Under the pieces are notes generated by a model. That model was not told the DNA's origin. It made no database searches and saw only the letters and a program-made list of their open reading frames with translations. A stretch of DNA of 64,000 nt, from positions 128,001 to 192,000 of the forward strand of contig JANRKS010000007.1 of the NCBI GenBank assembly GCA_033763315.1. Direction: 5' to 3'. This document shows positions 40,714 to 50,765 of the stretch, one piece after another. A program made the position numbers and the translations under genes. Position 1 is the stretch's first letter, and each line of letters opens with the position of its first letter. Source of the DNA: Deltaproteobacteria bacterium (GTDB lineage Bacteria; Myxococcota_A; Polyangia; Fen-1088).

Positions 40714-41280
40714 ATGTCGCAGCCCAACGAGACCCGTAACCCTTGGACCACGAGATCGATCGAAACACGTTACGAAAACCCGTGGATTCGAGTCGACCAC
40801 CACGACGTCCTCACGCCTGCTGGCACCGTGGGCATGTATGGCGTGGTCAATTTCAAGAACGTGGCGGTCGGCGTGGTGCCGATGGATGCAAACGGCAACA
40901 CGTGGCTCGTGGGACAGTACCGATACCCCCTGGGCCGCTATAGCTGGGAGATCTGTGAAGGCGGGGGGCCCATAGGCGCAGACGTTTTGGAATCCGCCAA
41001 ACGCGAGCTGCACGAAGAGCTGGGCATGCAAGCCGCCCGCTGGGACAAGCTATTTGAGATGGATCTCTCTAATTCGGTCACCAACGAACGCGCCGTGGTG
41101 TTTGTGGCGCGCGAGCTGACGATGGGCACGGCGCATCCGGAAGAAACCGAAGAGTTGGCGGTGCGCAAAATTCACCTCGCTCAACTTTACGAAGAGGTGT
41201 GTGCGGGCAAACACCGCGACAGCATGACTGTGGCGGCGGTGCTGCGTTTGCGGCTGATGCACCTGGAAGGAACCCTTTAA
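40714..41280 (+). CDS. NUDIX hydrolase (ADP-ribose pyrophosphatase-like)
   Basis: GQYRYP, WEICEGG, AKRELHEELG Nudix box. Confidence 0.92.
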   Translation: MSQPNETRNPWTTRSIETRYENPWIRVDHHDVLTPAGTVGMYGVVNFKNVAVGVVPMDANGNTWLVGQYRYPLGRYSWEICEGGGPIGADVLESAKRELHEELGMQAARWDKLFEMDLSNSVTNERAVVFVARELTMGTAHPEETEELAVRKIHLAQLYEEVCAGKHRDSMTVAAVLRLRLMHLEGTL

Positions 41281-41286
41281 CGCCTT

Positions 41287-44200
41287 ATGAAAAGCCCTGT
41301 AGATCGCGCGATTTTGGTGCAAGGCGCCCGCCAGAACAACCTCAAGAACATTTCTGTTCGCATTCCGATCGGGGCCGTCACCGCCGTGACAGGCGTGGCC
41401 GGCGCCGGCAAATCGTCGCTCGCGTTCGACATTCTTTATGCCGAGGGCCACCGGCGCTATGTAGAAACGTTCAGCGCGTACGCACGGCAGTTCCTGGAGC
41501 GATTGGATCGCCCCAAAGCCGAACGCGTGGTGGGCGTATTGCCTGCTGTGGCGATTGACCGCACGGCGCCTGTGCGCACGTCACGCTCCACGGTGGGCAC
41601 AATGACGTCGATCGCGGACTACCTGCGGGCGCTCTACGCGCGCGCCGCCGTTTTGCGCTGTGATGTATGTGGCAAGCCTGTGCAGCGGGCAAGTGCGGAT
41701 GGCATTGCCACGCACTTGTTGTCGACCGCCGCCGGTCGCACGGCCTTGCTGACGTTCGTTGTCCCAAGTGGCAAGCTCAAGCCCAAGCTGATTCGTGAAG
41801 CGTTCGCGCGCAATGGCTTTTCCCGCGTGTGGGAAGACAACAACGTCGTCAAACTCGATGACGCCAAGCTCGCGCCTGCGGATGGGCAGCTTGTGGTGGT
41901 GCTTGATCGCGTGCGGCTGCCCTCCCCCGCCCAGCAAACGGATGACGATCGCAAGCGCTTGGGCGATTCCATCGAAGCGTCTTTGCGCTGGGGCCGCGGC
42001 GACATGGCCGTGCGCTTTGAAGGCGACAACAACGTGCAATCGTTTAGCGAAAGCTTGCGTTGTTGCGGCGTCACGTATGCCGATCCAACGCCCGCCACCT
42101 TCTCGTTCAACAACCCCGTGGGCGCTTGCATCACGTGCAAAGGCTTTGGGCGGACGATGGCAATCGATCCCAACCTTGTGGTGCCCGATCCGCGCCTTTC
42201 GATCAAAGAGGGCTGCATCAAACCGATGCAGTCGCCTTCCTATAAGGAATGCCAAGACGATCTTGAACGCTTCTGCAAACGCGCCGGCATCGATATGACG
42301 GTGCCCTGGGCCAAGCTGCCGGCGGCCTCGCAGAAGCGCGTGTGGCAGGGCGAGCCAGGGGCGCTCACCAATTGGAAGAAGCATTGGTATGGCGTCGATG
42401 GCTTCTTCGCGTGGCTTGAAGGGCGCAGCTACAAGATGCACGTGCGGGTGCTGCTCTCGCGCTACAGGCACTATCTGCCGTGCACGGCCTGCGGCGGCGC
42501 ACGCTTGCAGCCAGAGGCGTTGCGCTTTTCCATCGAAGGGCAAACGCTGCCGCAACTCGAGGCCGCCACAATCGCGAATGTGGATGCGTTTTTTGCCAGC
42601 TGGAAGAATCGCCCGCAGGACGCCGCCACAGCCTTGGTGCTGCAAGAGCTGACCTGCCGCTTGCGCTTCCTTGTGGACGTGGGGTTGGGATACCTCACAC
42701 TTGGCCGCCAATCGCGCACGCTCTCGGGCGGTGAAGCACAACGCGTGGGTTTGGCCACCGCGCTCGGCAGCGCTTTGACCAGCACACTTTATGTTTTGGA
42801 CGAACCATCGGTGGGTTTGCACGCGCGCGATGCAGACCGCTTGGTTGGCGTACTTGCGCGGCTGGCGGAAAAAGACAACGCCGTGGTGGTGGTGGAACAC
42901 GATCCGGTGCTGATTCGATCGGCCGACCACGTGATCGATTTGGGCCCCGGCCCTGGCCCCGAAGGCGGCGAAGTGATCTATGAAGGGCCCGTGCAAGGCT
43001 TGTTGGGCCACCCGCGCTCGCAAACAGCGCCCTACTTGCAGGGCCACGCGATGCGGCCGCAGCGTCAGCCGCGCACGCTCGACTTTAAACACGCCATCGC
43101 GATTGAGGGCGCCACCGAAAACAACTTGCAGAACGTGTCTGTGAAGGTGCCGCTTGGCGGCCTTGTGTGCGTCACGGGCGTCAGCGGCTCAGGCAAATCG
43201 ACCTTGGTGGATCAAGTGCTTTACCGCAACTTGCGACGACATCTCGGGCAACCCGAATCGGAATTGGGCGCCTGTGCTGGGTTGCAAGTGTTCTTGCCGC
43301 CAGGCAAGGCATTGCAAGACGTAGTGTTCGTGGATCAAACGCCGCTTGGCAGCAGTGGGCGCGTCAACGCCGCAACATACCTGGGTGTGTTGGATCCAAT
43401 CCGCAAGGTGTTCGCGAGTACCCAGGCGGCGAAGGACGCAGACGTAAGTGCGTCGGCCTTCTCGTTTAATTCGGCCGTGGGCGCGTGCCCTTTGTGTGGC
43501 GGCGCCGGCTTTGAAAAGATCGAATTGCAATTCCTGCCCGACGCGCACGTGCGCTGCCCTGCGTGTGATGGCAAACGGTTTCGTCCAGAAACGTTGGCGA
43601 TTAAATACGAAGGTTACGACATTGCTGAAGTGTTAAACCTTTCGGCATTGGAAGTCAGCGCGCTGTTCAAACATAACAAGCCGCTGGTGCGTGGCTTGGC
43701 ACCGCTCATCGATTTGGGCCTTGGCTACTTGCCGTTGTCGCAAGCGGCGCCGTCGCTTTCAGGCGGCGAATCGCAGCGGTTGAAGCTGGCCGCCTATCTG
43801 GCGGGTGCCACCACGGCCAAGCCGACGCTTTACATTCTTGATGAGCCGACCACAGGCCTTCACCCCGCCGACGTGGCGAAGCTGCTGCAAACGTTGGACC
43901 GTTTGGTGGCGGCGGGGCACAGCGTGGTGGTGGTTGAACACAATCTTCAAGTGGCTTGGGCGGCGGATTGGTTGATCGATCTTGGCCCTGAAGGAGGGGA
44001 TCAGGGTGGGCGCATCATTGCGCAAGGCACGCCGGAGGCTTTGAGCCAAACCAGCAGCGCCACAGGCGTGGCCCTGGCGCAGGCTGTACGCAAACAATCC
44101 AACACTGTGGCGCGCGCAAGCGAGGCGGCCGCAAAGTATGTGGTGTTCGAGCGGCCGATCGAAATCGAGGGCGCACGCGAGCACAATCTGAAGAACGTGG

Positions 44201-46725
44201 CGGCGACGTTTCCGCGCAACAGATTCATCGCCGTCACGGGCGCCTCCGGTTCGGGCAAATCCACGTTGGCGTTCGATGTACTTTACGCCGAGGGCCAACG
44301 GCGGTTCTTGGACTGTCTTTCCACATATGTGCGCCAGTTTGTGCGGCCTTTGGCACGGCCCGATGTGGATCGCGTCGAAGGTGTGCCACCCACCGTGGCG
44401 CTTGAACAAAAGCTGACACAAGGCTCGTCACTCTCCACCGTGGGCACAGCGTCCGAGGTATACCACTACCTGCGTTTGGTCTACGCGTGGTTGGGCACGC
44501 CCCATTGCCCCAAGTGTGGTCTGGCCGGCGAAGGCGTGGATGCCAAGGCCCTGGTGGGTCGCATCACGTCGCAGCACGAGGGCCGCGCCATCACGTTGCT
44601 GGCGCCGCTTATCCGCAAACGTAAAGGCGCGCACACCGAAGCGATGGCGGCCACCGTGAACCTGGGCGTCGCACAACTGCGCGTGGACGGCACCGTCCAT
44701 ATGGCCAAAGCGTTGCCCAAGCTCGATCGCTACCAAGTGCATGATGTGGAGGCGGTGGCTGCATCCATGACAGCCAAAGACTGGAAAGGCGACGGCGAGG
44801 CCACGCTCAAAGCGGCCGTGACGCGCGCCCTCGAACTGGGCGGCGGCCACATCATCGTGGCCAGCGGCGGTCTGGATCACCACTATTCAACGTTGCGCTC
44901 ATGCCCGAACTGCGGCTCGGGCCTGCCTGTTCCCGATCCGCGTTTGTTCACGTGGAGCCAGAAGTTCGGCGCGTGCCCCACGTGTGAAGGCAGGGGCACA
45001 ACGGAGCCGCATGACGAAGACGTTGATGAAAACAGCGAAACCTTCGTCGGCCGCGCCGAAACAGAGCCGTGCGTCGCGTGTGACGGCAGCCGCTTGGGTC
45101 CGGCCGCGCGATCCGTGCGGATCGCCAACGAACATATTGGCCAGGTGGCGGCGCGTTCGGTGCGTGCGTTGCAAACGTGGGTGAAGGACACTTTACGCGC
45201 CAACCTGCGTATTCCCGTCGAATTGCAAGAGGCTGTGTTGCCCGAGATCGAACGCCGTCTGCAAGTGCTGGATCAACTGGGCCTCGGGTACCTAACACTG
45301 TCGCGCGGGGCTCACACGCTTTCAACAGGCGAAGCGCAGCGCGTACGGATCGTGGCGCAACTGGCTTCGAACCTGCGCGGCGTGTGTTACGTCTTAGATG
45401 AACCAACGGTGGGTTTGCACCCGCGCGACGCCGCAGCGCTAACTGACGCTCTTTTGGAGCTACGCGATCGGGGCAACACTGTTGTTGTGGTGGAACACGA
45501 TGAAGCCGTGATTCGCCGTGCGGATCACATCATTGATTTAGGGCCGGGCGCTGGCCGGCATGGCGGGCACATTGTTGTGGCGGGCAGCCCGGCCACCGTG
45601 GCGGCAAACACGCGGTCCATCACGGGCGCGTGGCTACGCGGCCATGGCAACGTGCCACCACCTCCGCGCCGGTCACTGACCGATGGGCCGCGCCTCGCCT
45701 TGCGCGGAGCGAACTTGCACAACCTTTCCAATGTGAACGTCGATGTGCCGGTGGGCCGTTTGGTGTGCGTCACGGGCGTCAGCGGCTCGGGTAAATCAAC
45801 GCTCGTGCGGCGGGTGTTGTTCTCGGCCGTCAAAGCCAAGCTGCAACGCAAGAAATTGCCTGCGTGCGCATCGGGCCTCACAGGCACAGAGCACGTGGAT
45901 CGCGCACTTGTTGTGGATGAAGCGCCCATTGGCCGCACTCCACGGTCAGTGCCGGCCACCTACGTGGACATCCTGACACCGATTCGTTCGCTGTTTGCCG
46001 AAACACCCGACGCACGCGCCCGCGGTTTCAAAGCCAACCGCTTTTCGTTCAACGTCAAAGGCGGACGCTGCGAAAAGTGCGAAGGCCAAGGCCGTTTGAA
46101 AGTGAGCATGGCGCTGTTGCCCGACGTCTACATTCCGTGCGCCACGTGCAATGGCGCGCGTTTTAATCCCGATACGTTAGCGGTGCGCTACAAAGGCAAA
46201 ACGATCGCCGACGTGTTGGCGATGTCGGTGGAAGACGCGGTGGTGTTCTTCGAGAGCGCGCGTGCCATCGCGAATCCCTTGGCGTTCCTCAACGACATTG
46301 GCCTCGGCTACCTGCAGCTGGGTCAGCCCAGCCCCACGCTTTCGGGCGGAGAAGCGCAACGAATCAAGCTGGCGGCGGAACTTTCATTCTCCGGCCAAGG
46401 TCGGTCGTTGTTCGTGTTGGATGAACCCACCACAGGACTTCACATGGCCGATGTGGCAAAGCTCATCGCGGCTTTGCAAAAGCTTGTGGATCGCGGCGAC
46501 ACCGTGGTTGTGATTGAACACAACGTGGATGTGATCCGTGCCGCGGATTGCCTTATCGACATGGGCCCCGAAGGCGGCGTCGAGGGCGGCCAGGTTGTGG
46601 CGTGGGGAACCCCCGAAGAGGTGGCGGCGTGTCCGGCTTCACGAACCGCAGCTTTCCTTGGCCTTCACCCGCGGGTGGCACCAAAGAAGACAGCACGAAC
46701 AATGAAGCCACGCACCCTGCAGTGA
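41287..46725 (+). CDS. uvrA: Excinuclease ABC subunit A, tandem-duplicated double-length form
   Basis: Four Walker A motifs (GVAGAGKS, GVSGSGKS, GASGSGKS, GVSGSGKS), four LS(G/T)GE/LDEP signatures, multiple CxxC zinc fingers; 1812 aa. Confidence 0.93.
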   Translation: MKSPVDRAILVQGARQNNLKNISVRIPIGAVTAVTGVAGAGKSSLAFDILYAEGHRRYVETFSAYARQFLERLDRPKAERVVGVLPAVAIDRTAPVRTSRSTVGTMTSIADYLRALYARAAVLRCDVCGKPVQRASADGIATHLLSTAAGRTALLTFVVPSGKLKPKLIREAFARNGFSRVWEDNNVVKLDDAKLAPADGQLVVVLDRVRLPSPAQQTDDDRKRLGDSIEASLRWGRGDMAVRFEGDNNVQSFSESLRCCGVTYADPTPATFSFNNPVGACITCKGFGRTMAIDPNLVVPDPRLSIKEGCIKPMQSPSYKECQDDLERFCKRAGIDMTVPWAKLPAASQKRVWQGEPGALTNWKKHWYGVDGFFAWLEGRSYKMHVRVLLSRYRHYLPCTACGGARLQPEALRFSIEGQTLPQLEAATIANVDAFFASWKNRPQDAATALVLQELTCRLRFLVDVGLGYLTLGRQSRTLSGGEAQRVGLATALGSALTSTLYVLDEPSVGLHARDADRLVGVLARLAEKDNAVVVVEHDPVLIRSADHVIDLGPGPGPEGGEVIYEGPVQGLLGHPRSQTAPYLQGHAMRPQRQPRTLDFKHAIAIEGATENNLQNVSVKVPLGGLVCVTGVSGSGKSTLVDQVLYRNLRRHLGQPESELGACAGLQVFLPPGKALQDVVFVDQTPLGSSGRVNAATYLGVLDPIRKVFASTQAAKDADVSASAFSFNSAVGACPLCGGAGFEKIELQFLPDAHVRCPACDGKRFRPETLAIKYEGYDIAEVLNLSALEVSALFKHNKPLVRGLAPLIDLGLGYLPLSQAAPSLSGGESQRLKLAAYLAGATTAKPTLYILDEPTTGLHPADVAKLLQTLDRLVAAGHSVVVVEHNLQVAWAADWLIDLGPEGGDQGGRIIAQGTPEALSQTSSATGVALAQAVRKQSNTVARASEAAAKYVVFERPIEIEGAREHNLKNVAATFPRNRFIAVTGASGSGKSTLAFDVLYAEGQRRFLDCLSTYVRQFVRPLARPDVDRVEGVPPTVALEQKLTQGSSLSTVGTASEVYHYLRLVYAWLGTPHCPKCGLAGEGVDAKALVGRITSQHEGRAITLLAPLIRKRKGAHTEAMAATVNLGVAQLRVDGTVHMAKALPKLDRYQVHDVEAVAASMTAKDWKGDGEATLKAAVTRALELGGGHIIVASGGLDHHYSTLRSCPNCGSGLPVPDPRLFTWSQKFGACPTCEGRGTTEPHDEDVDENSETFVGRAETEPCVACDGSRLGPAARSVRIANEHIGQVAARSVRALQTWVKDTLRANLRIPVELQEAVLPEIERRLQVLDQLGLGYLTLSRGAHTLSTGEAQRVRIVAQLASNLRGVCYVLDEPTVGLHPRDAAALTDALLELRDRGNTVVVVEHDEAVIRRADHIIDLGPGAGRHGGHIVVAGSPATVAANTRSITGAWLRGHGNVPPPPRRSLTDGPRLALRGANLHNLSNVNVDVPVGRLVCVTGVSGSGKSTLVRRVLFSAVKAKLQRKKLPACASGLTGTEHVDRALVVDEAPIGRTPRSVPATYVDILTPIRSLFAETPDARARGFKANRFSFNVKGGRCEKCEGQGRLKVSMALLPDVYIPCATCNGARFNPDTLAVRYKGKTIADVLAMSVEDAVVFFESARAIANPLAFLNDIGLGYLQLGQPSPTLSGGEAQRIKLAAELSFSGQGRSLFVLDEPTTGLHMADVAKLIAALQKLVDRGDTVVVIEHNVDVIRAADCLIDMGPEGGVEGGQVVAWGTPEEVAACPASRTAAFLGLHPRVAPKKTARTMKPRTLQ

Positions 46726-46776
46726 TCTATCCCCTCGAAGGCGCGTTTGATCACGTGTTCGACTCGGCAGGGTGAA

Positions 46777-47214
46777 ATGAAATTCCCCCCCAAGACCGAC
46801 GGCACCAACTAAAAACGTGTGCATCGCGCGCCCAGATCGCTGAGGTTCAAAACCTGCGCCGTTCACTCGTTCCGATTTACGAGCGACGCGCGCCAGAATC
46901 AACGCTGCTGGAAGGGGATACTGGAGCTCCTTGGAGAAAACGTCTTCGCGCCTACATTGGCGACAGCGCGGGCGCCGCCAAGCGACGAAGCCGACTGGTA
47001 GCAGGGTGTGTTGGCGGAGAGTCAATGGTGGCGAAGCAGGGCCGGCGATGGCCAAGGGATACGTCTGTCCCGTGGACTAAAATAGGCGCAGAATCCTTGT
47101 TTTCTCTGGGTGGAACGAAGTTTACGGAAGGGACGTTATCGGTCCCTTGAAGCGCTTTGCCTCAATGGTTGCCCTCATGACGCAGGCGCAAATGCAGCTT
47201 TGAAACGCCTATGC
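46777..47214 (+). mobile_element. Decayed IS91/ISCR-like transposase remnant with oriIS-like end
   Basis: Fragments ..DGT.., AVHSFRF and ILELLG....PTLATARAPP resemble the C-terminus of IS91-family transposases; CTTTGA-N4-CCTAT at 47198-47212. Confidence 0.6.
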
Positions 47215-47375
47215 TCTTCATCGTCCTTTTCGCGTGGGTCAGATGCAGCTTGAGTCCCCGAGCTCTCATCTTCGTTCTTTTTCTTTCGCGACACATGCCA
47301 GGTTCGCGCGTCAAGTTGGCAACGGTTCAGGAATGAAAGGGCAAGGGAGCCCTCCGTAGACACAAGGAAAAGAAC

Positions 47376-48500
47376 ATGCACAGTAGATCAATTGCCAGAT
47401 TCTTATGCGGAGCGGCTTCGATTTCGATGCTCGGAAGTTTCTCCTTTCAAGCACAAGCTCGAACAGTGCAAGGCGTTGATCGCGACGGTGATGGACGAGC
47501 AGACGTGGCCGTTTACCGTCCATTAAACGCTCGATGGTTTGTCACGATATCAAACGGCGGTGAGAGCAACGAAGTATTTGGAAACAAAGGAGATATCGCT
47601 GTGCCAGGTGACTATGACGGTGACGGCAGAACAGACCTCGCGGTCTTCCATCCTTCGAATGGCTTCTGGTTCATCAATCACTCGTCGGGCATTGCACCGA
47701 AAGCCAAACAATGGGGGCTATCCGGGGATGTGCCAGTGCCAGCGGACTACGACGGCGATGGCAAGACGGATCTTGCGGTCTATCGTCCGTCTTCCGGCTA
47801 CTGGTACCTGATCAATTCAAGGAGTGGTCTAAGCGAATCACGTGGTTGGGGGCTTTCAGACGACGTACCACTTCCTGGCGACTACAATGGAGACGGACGT
47901 TTTGACTTTGCTGTGTACAGACCATCACTGGCTCAATGGCACATCCTGCTCAATGGAAGCGCACAGACGATCTTTTCAATATGGGGAGATGCTGGCGATG
48001 TTCCGGTGGTCGCAGATTTCGACGGCGATTGGGTAACTGATACGGCCATCTATCGCCCAAGGGATGGGTACTTCCATATCAAGCTTGCAAGCGGACTGCG
48101 CCAATACCGATTCGTTGGAGCAAACCAAATACCCATCGTCGGCGACTATGATGGCGACGGCAAGGCTGACCCCGCTGTTTGGAACACGCAAACCAGCCTC
48201 TTCACGATCAGCCTGATGGCAACGAACGTGATGAAGACGGAAGTCCTAGGGTTTAATGACTTCACGGAGTACGGCCGAGATGTCCCGCTTGTTTCCACTC
48301 TCTATGCTCAGCAAAGCGTTCCGAGGATCGCTTTAGCGCAAGGGACTTGGTGTTGTGCGTCCTGTAGCCCGGATGGCAAGACTTGCGGACTATGCCAGGT
48401 AAAGCCTGGTACAGGATTGTGTCCAACTGGGACCAAAACAAAAACCGGAGACTGCGAGTCGACGGATGATGGAGACTTTTTAGACCTGACTTGTAGATGA
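47376..48500 (+). CDS. Secreted FG-GAP/VCBS repeat beta-propeller protein with Cys-rich tail
   Basis: Signal peptide ending AQA; six (G/A)DYDGDG..D.AVYRP-type repeats; 8-Cys C-terminus. Confidence 0.88.
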   Translation: MHSRSIARFLCGAASISMLGSFSFQAQARTVQGVDRDGDGRADVAVYRPLNARWFVTISNGGESNEVFGNKGDIAVPGDYDGDGRTDLAVFHPSNGFWFINHSSGIAPKAKQWGLSGDVPVPADYDGDGKTDLAVYRPSSGYWYLINSRSGLSESRGWGLSDDVPLPGDYNGDGRFDFAVYRPSLAQWHILLNGSAQTIFSIWGDAGDVPVVADFDGDWVTDTAIYRPRDGYFHIKLASGLRQYRFVGANQIPIVGDYDGDGKADPAVWNTQTSLFTISLMATNVMKTEVLGFNDFTEYGRDVPLVSTLYAQQSVPRIALAQGTWCCASCSPDGKTCGLCQVKPGTGLCPTGTKTKTGDCESTDDGDFLDLTCR

Positions 48501-48715
48501 TCAACAATTCTCATCTGCCACAGAAATGTGGCTCAAGGTCGCTGCGACGATCTCTGCATGGGTCGCGCATCCCCCCTCAGAAACTGCAGTCGAGGTGTGG
48601 CCATTGACGGCCTGTCTCTCCTGACAAAAACAAGTGCGGCGGCAGTTTGTGCTGCGCATGGTTCTTAGCTCGTTTCTCACCACATTCAGAAGTTCTCAGA
48701 TCAAAGGTATCTCAT

Positions 48716-50683
48716 ATGAAGAAGACTCAATGGATTTTCACTATCCTTCTGATGGGGATTCCCTTCACTTTTACCTCGCTGGGAATCGACAAACCTACGG
48801 TAGCAGCAGAGCCGGCTGCTGCAGAACCTGCAGGTCCCTTTGAAAAAGCCTGGGCTGTCCTCACGAAACTCAAATCAGACCTCGATCCATGGATCGATGC
48901 GGCCAGCTATGCCAAAAAGTTGATTGAAAAGTTTTACGGGGTACCAACAGAAATCGAGCTAGCTCGAGATGAAATCATTGCCGAGATAAAGAACACCCAG
49001 ATTACACGGCTGGAAGGAACGATAATCGGAATGCTCAATAACTTCGCCGATGTTGTCCGTGATCCCAATAACATGCACAACAGCTTTCAGCTTAATCTCA
49101 TCAAATCTCAAGCAGATCTGGTGCTCGGCGAAATGCAATCGTTGATAGAAAGACGTGATTCGGTTTCTGTGAAAGAGCTTGCCGTCGCGAGCAATCTCGC
49201 CACAGCCGTTGGCGCTGCGGCCCGAAAGCTTCTTGGTATGGAGTCCGCGATTTCTCCCCTTCTCCAGCGACAGATGGATATGAACTATTCGGTTGTAGGT
49301 GTTGATTCTTACTATGTGAATAGGTCCGCAGTGCGAGACTCTGCGGGCTCCAGCTTGCTGTGGTCCGTGATCGATACGCCAGCGTTTTACTGTGATAGCA
49401 CGGAGGCACGGGCTGAACTTGCTAACAAGCGCATTATAACCCTACACTCCCCGCCAGGCGGAACGATCGCGAATGCCGTTTATTGCAAGCACAAGGATGG
49501 AAAGTGCTTCGCGTATTACAAGGACCCAAGTCCGATCGCAAATGGCCTTGCGGAGGGAGTGGGAAGTCCCAAAACAACATTTCCAATATGCTGGAAAGAA
49601 ACGCACTCGCGAGCATTGAGAGCCTTCGATGATAATCCGACGGTCAAGGCCATCAAAAAGGCGATGCAGCAATCATATTTTTCAGGATACAGGCCATCGG
49701 CGATATCAGGACCCTTCATCATTAGCGGATGTCTGTCAAAGGCGGCAAATTCAATTCTGGACTTCGACGGTGATTGCACGAGCGATCTCGCTGTTTACCG
49801 CCCAGGGTACACTAGTTCCTTCGAAGTTCTTCTGAGTCGGACAGCGAGCTTCAATTCCACCTCAATGCCTCTCGGTGGCTACAACGACCTTCCTGTCCCA
49901 GGGGACTACGATGGTGATGGAAAATCAGACGCCGCCGCTTATAGGATCGCAGACGGTCTGTGGTCGATAGCCCCTAGCTCCGGCGCTGCGCCGTACTCGC
50001 GGGCATGGGGGCTAGAAGGAGACACACCCGTTCCTGCTGACTACGATGGTGACGGAATGACCGACATCGCGGTCTACCGGCCTAGCAATGGCCATTGGTA
50101 TGTTTGGCCGAGTGGTGGTGGCGATAGATATGCGGTGCCATGGGGGCTGAGCACGGACATTCCAGTCCCCGGCGACTACGATGGCGACGCGAAAGCAGAT
50201 TTCACGATTTGGCGCCCAGGGGATGGCAATTGGCACGTGCGTCCTACATCAGGAGCGGCGCCATACGCAGTTCAGTGGGGGCTCCAAGGTGATCATCCAA
50301 TCCCACGAGATTTTGATGGCGACGGACGACTTGACTTTGCTGTTCGCAGGGACGGTCAATATGGCGTTTACGTAATGCCAAGTAACGGAGGAAGCAGATA
50401 CTTCGTGGCGTTTGGGAACCCAGACGACATTGCCGTTCCGGCTGACTTTGATGGCGATGGGAAGGCGGACCAGGCCGTTTGGCAAAGAGCCAAAGCATTT
50501 TGGTGGTACAAAAGGAGCACGGGAGGGGATCGAGTCCCCTACGACTCTAATTGGGGGCGCTCACCGCCTCCAAATTGGGAGCCCGTGAATCCGACTATCG
50601 GTCGACAATGGGGAACGAACCGAGATTTCCCCCTTGGTTCGCAGCTTCACGGAAACTTCTCCTGGGCCGGCGTATTTAGGTAG
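48716..50683 (+). CDS. Secreted protein with N-terminal helical domain and C-terminal FG-GAP/VCBS repeats
   Basis: Signal-like N-terminus MKKTQWIFTILL; six DFDGD/DYDGD repeats with WG...D.PVP. Confidence 0.86.
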   Translation: MKKTQWIFTILLMGIPFTFTSLGIDKPTVAAEPAAAEPAGPFEKAWAVLTKLKSDLDPWIDAASYAKKLIEKFYGVPTEIELARDEIIAEIKNTQITRLEGTIIGMLNNFADVVRDPNNMHNSFQLNLIKSQADLVLGEMQSLIERRDSVSVKELAVASNLATAVGAAARKLLGMESAISPLLQRQMDMNYSVVGVDSYYVNRSAVRDSAGSSLLWSVIDTPAFYCDSTEARAELANKRIITLHSPPGGTIANAVYCKHKDGKCFAYYKDPSPIANGLAEGVGSPKTTFPICWKETHSRALRAFDDNPTVKAIKKAMQQSYFSGYRPSAISGPFIISGCLSKAANSILDFDGDCTSDLAVYRPGYTSSFEVLLSRTASFNSTSMPLGGYNDLPVPGDYDGDGKSDAAAYRIADGLWSIAPSSGAAPYSRAWGLEGDTPVPADYDGDGMTDIAVYRPSNGHWYVWPSGGGDRYAVPWGLSTDIPVPGDYDGDAKADFTIWRPGDGNWHVRPTSGAAPYAVQWGLQGDHPIPRDFDGDGRLDFAVRRDGQYGVYVMPSNGGSRYFVAFGNPDDIAVPADFDGDGKADQAVWQRAKAFWWYKRSTGGDRVPYDSNWGRSPPPNWEPVNPTIGRQWGTNRDFPLGSQLHGNFSWAGVFR

Positions 50684-50765
50684 AACGTCGCCGACACCGT
50701 TGTGATTTGCTGTTGGTCGCCATTTGAAACCTACTCGGGGCCTCCATGTCAGGGGCCGATCTTTC

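Noticed and set aside
40451-40768. Short ORFs between the phosphoesterase and NUDIX genes
   Set aside because: No motifs, overlap the NUDIX start; probably a divergent promoter region.
41581-43092. 503-aa minus-strand ORF, and similar long antisense ORFs over GS, ALDH, glgB and katE
   Set aside because: High-GC shadow frames opposite confident genes, with no motifs.
46752-46770. GTTCGACTC resembling a tRNA T-loop at the island border
   Set aside because: Flanks do not pair into a T-stem; no cloverleaf or CCA end.
47470-50480. Recurrent gactacgacggcgatgg-like DNA repeats, considered as CRISPR or DGR
   Set aside because: Degenerate in-frame coding repeats of FG-GAP motifs; no cas or reverse transcriptase gene in the window.
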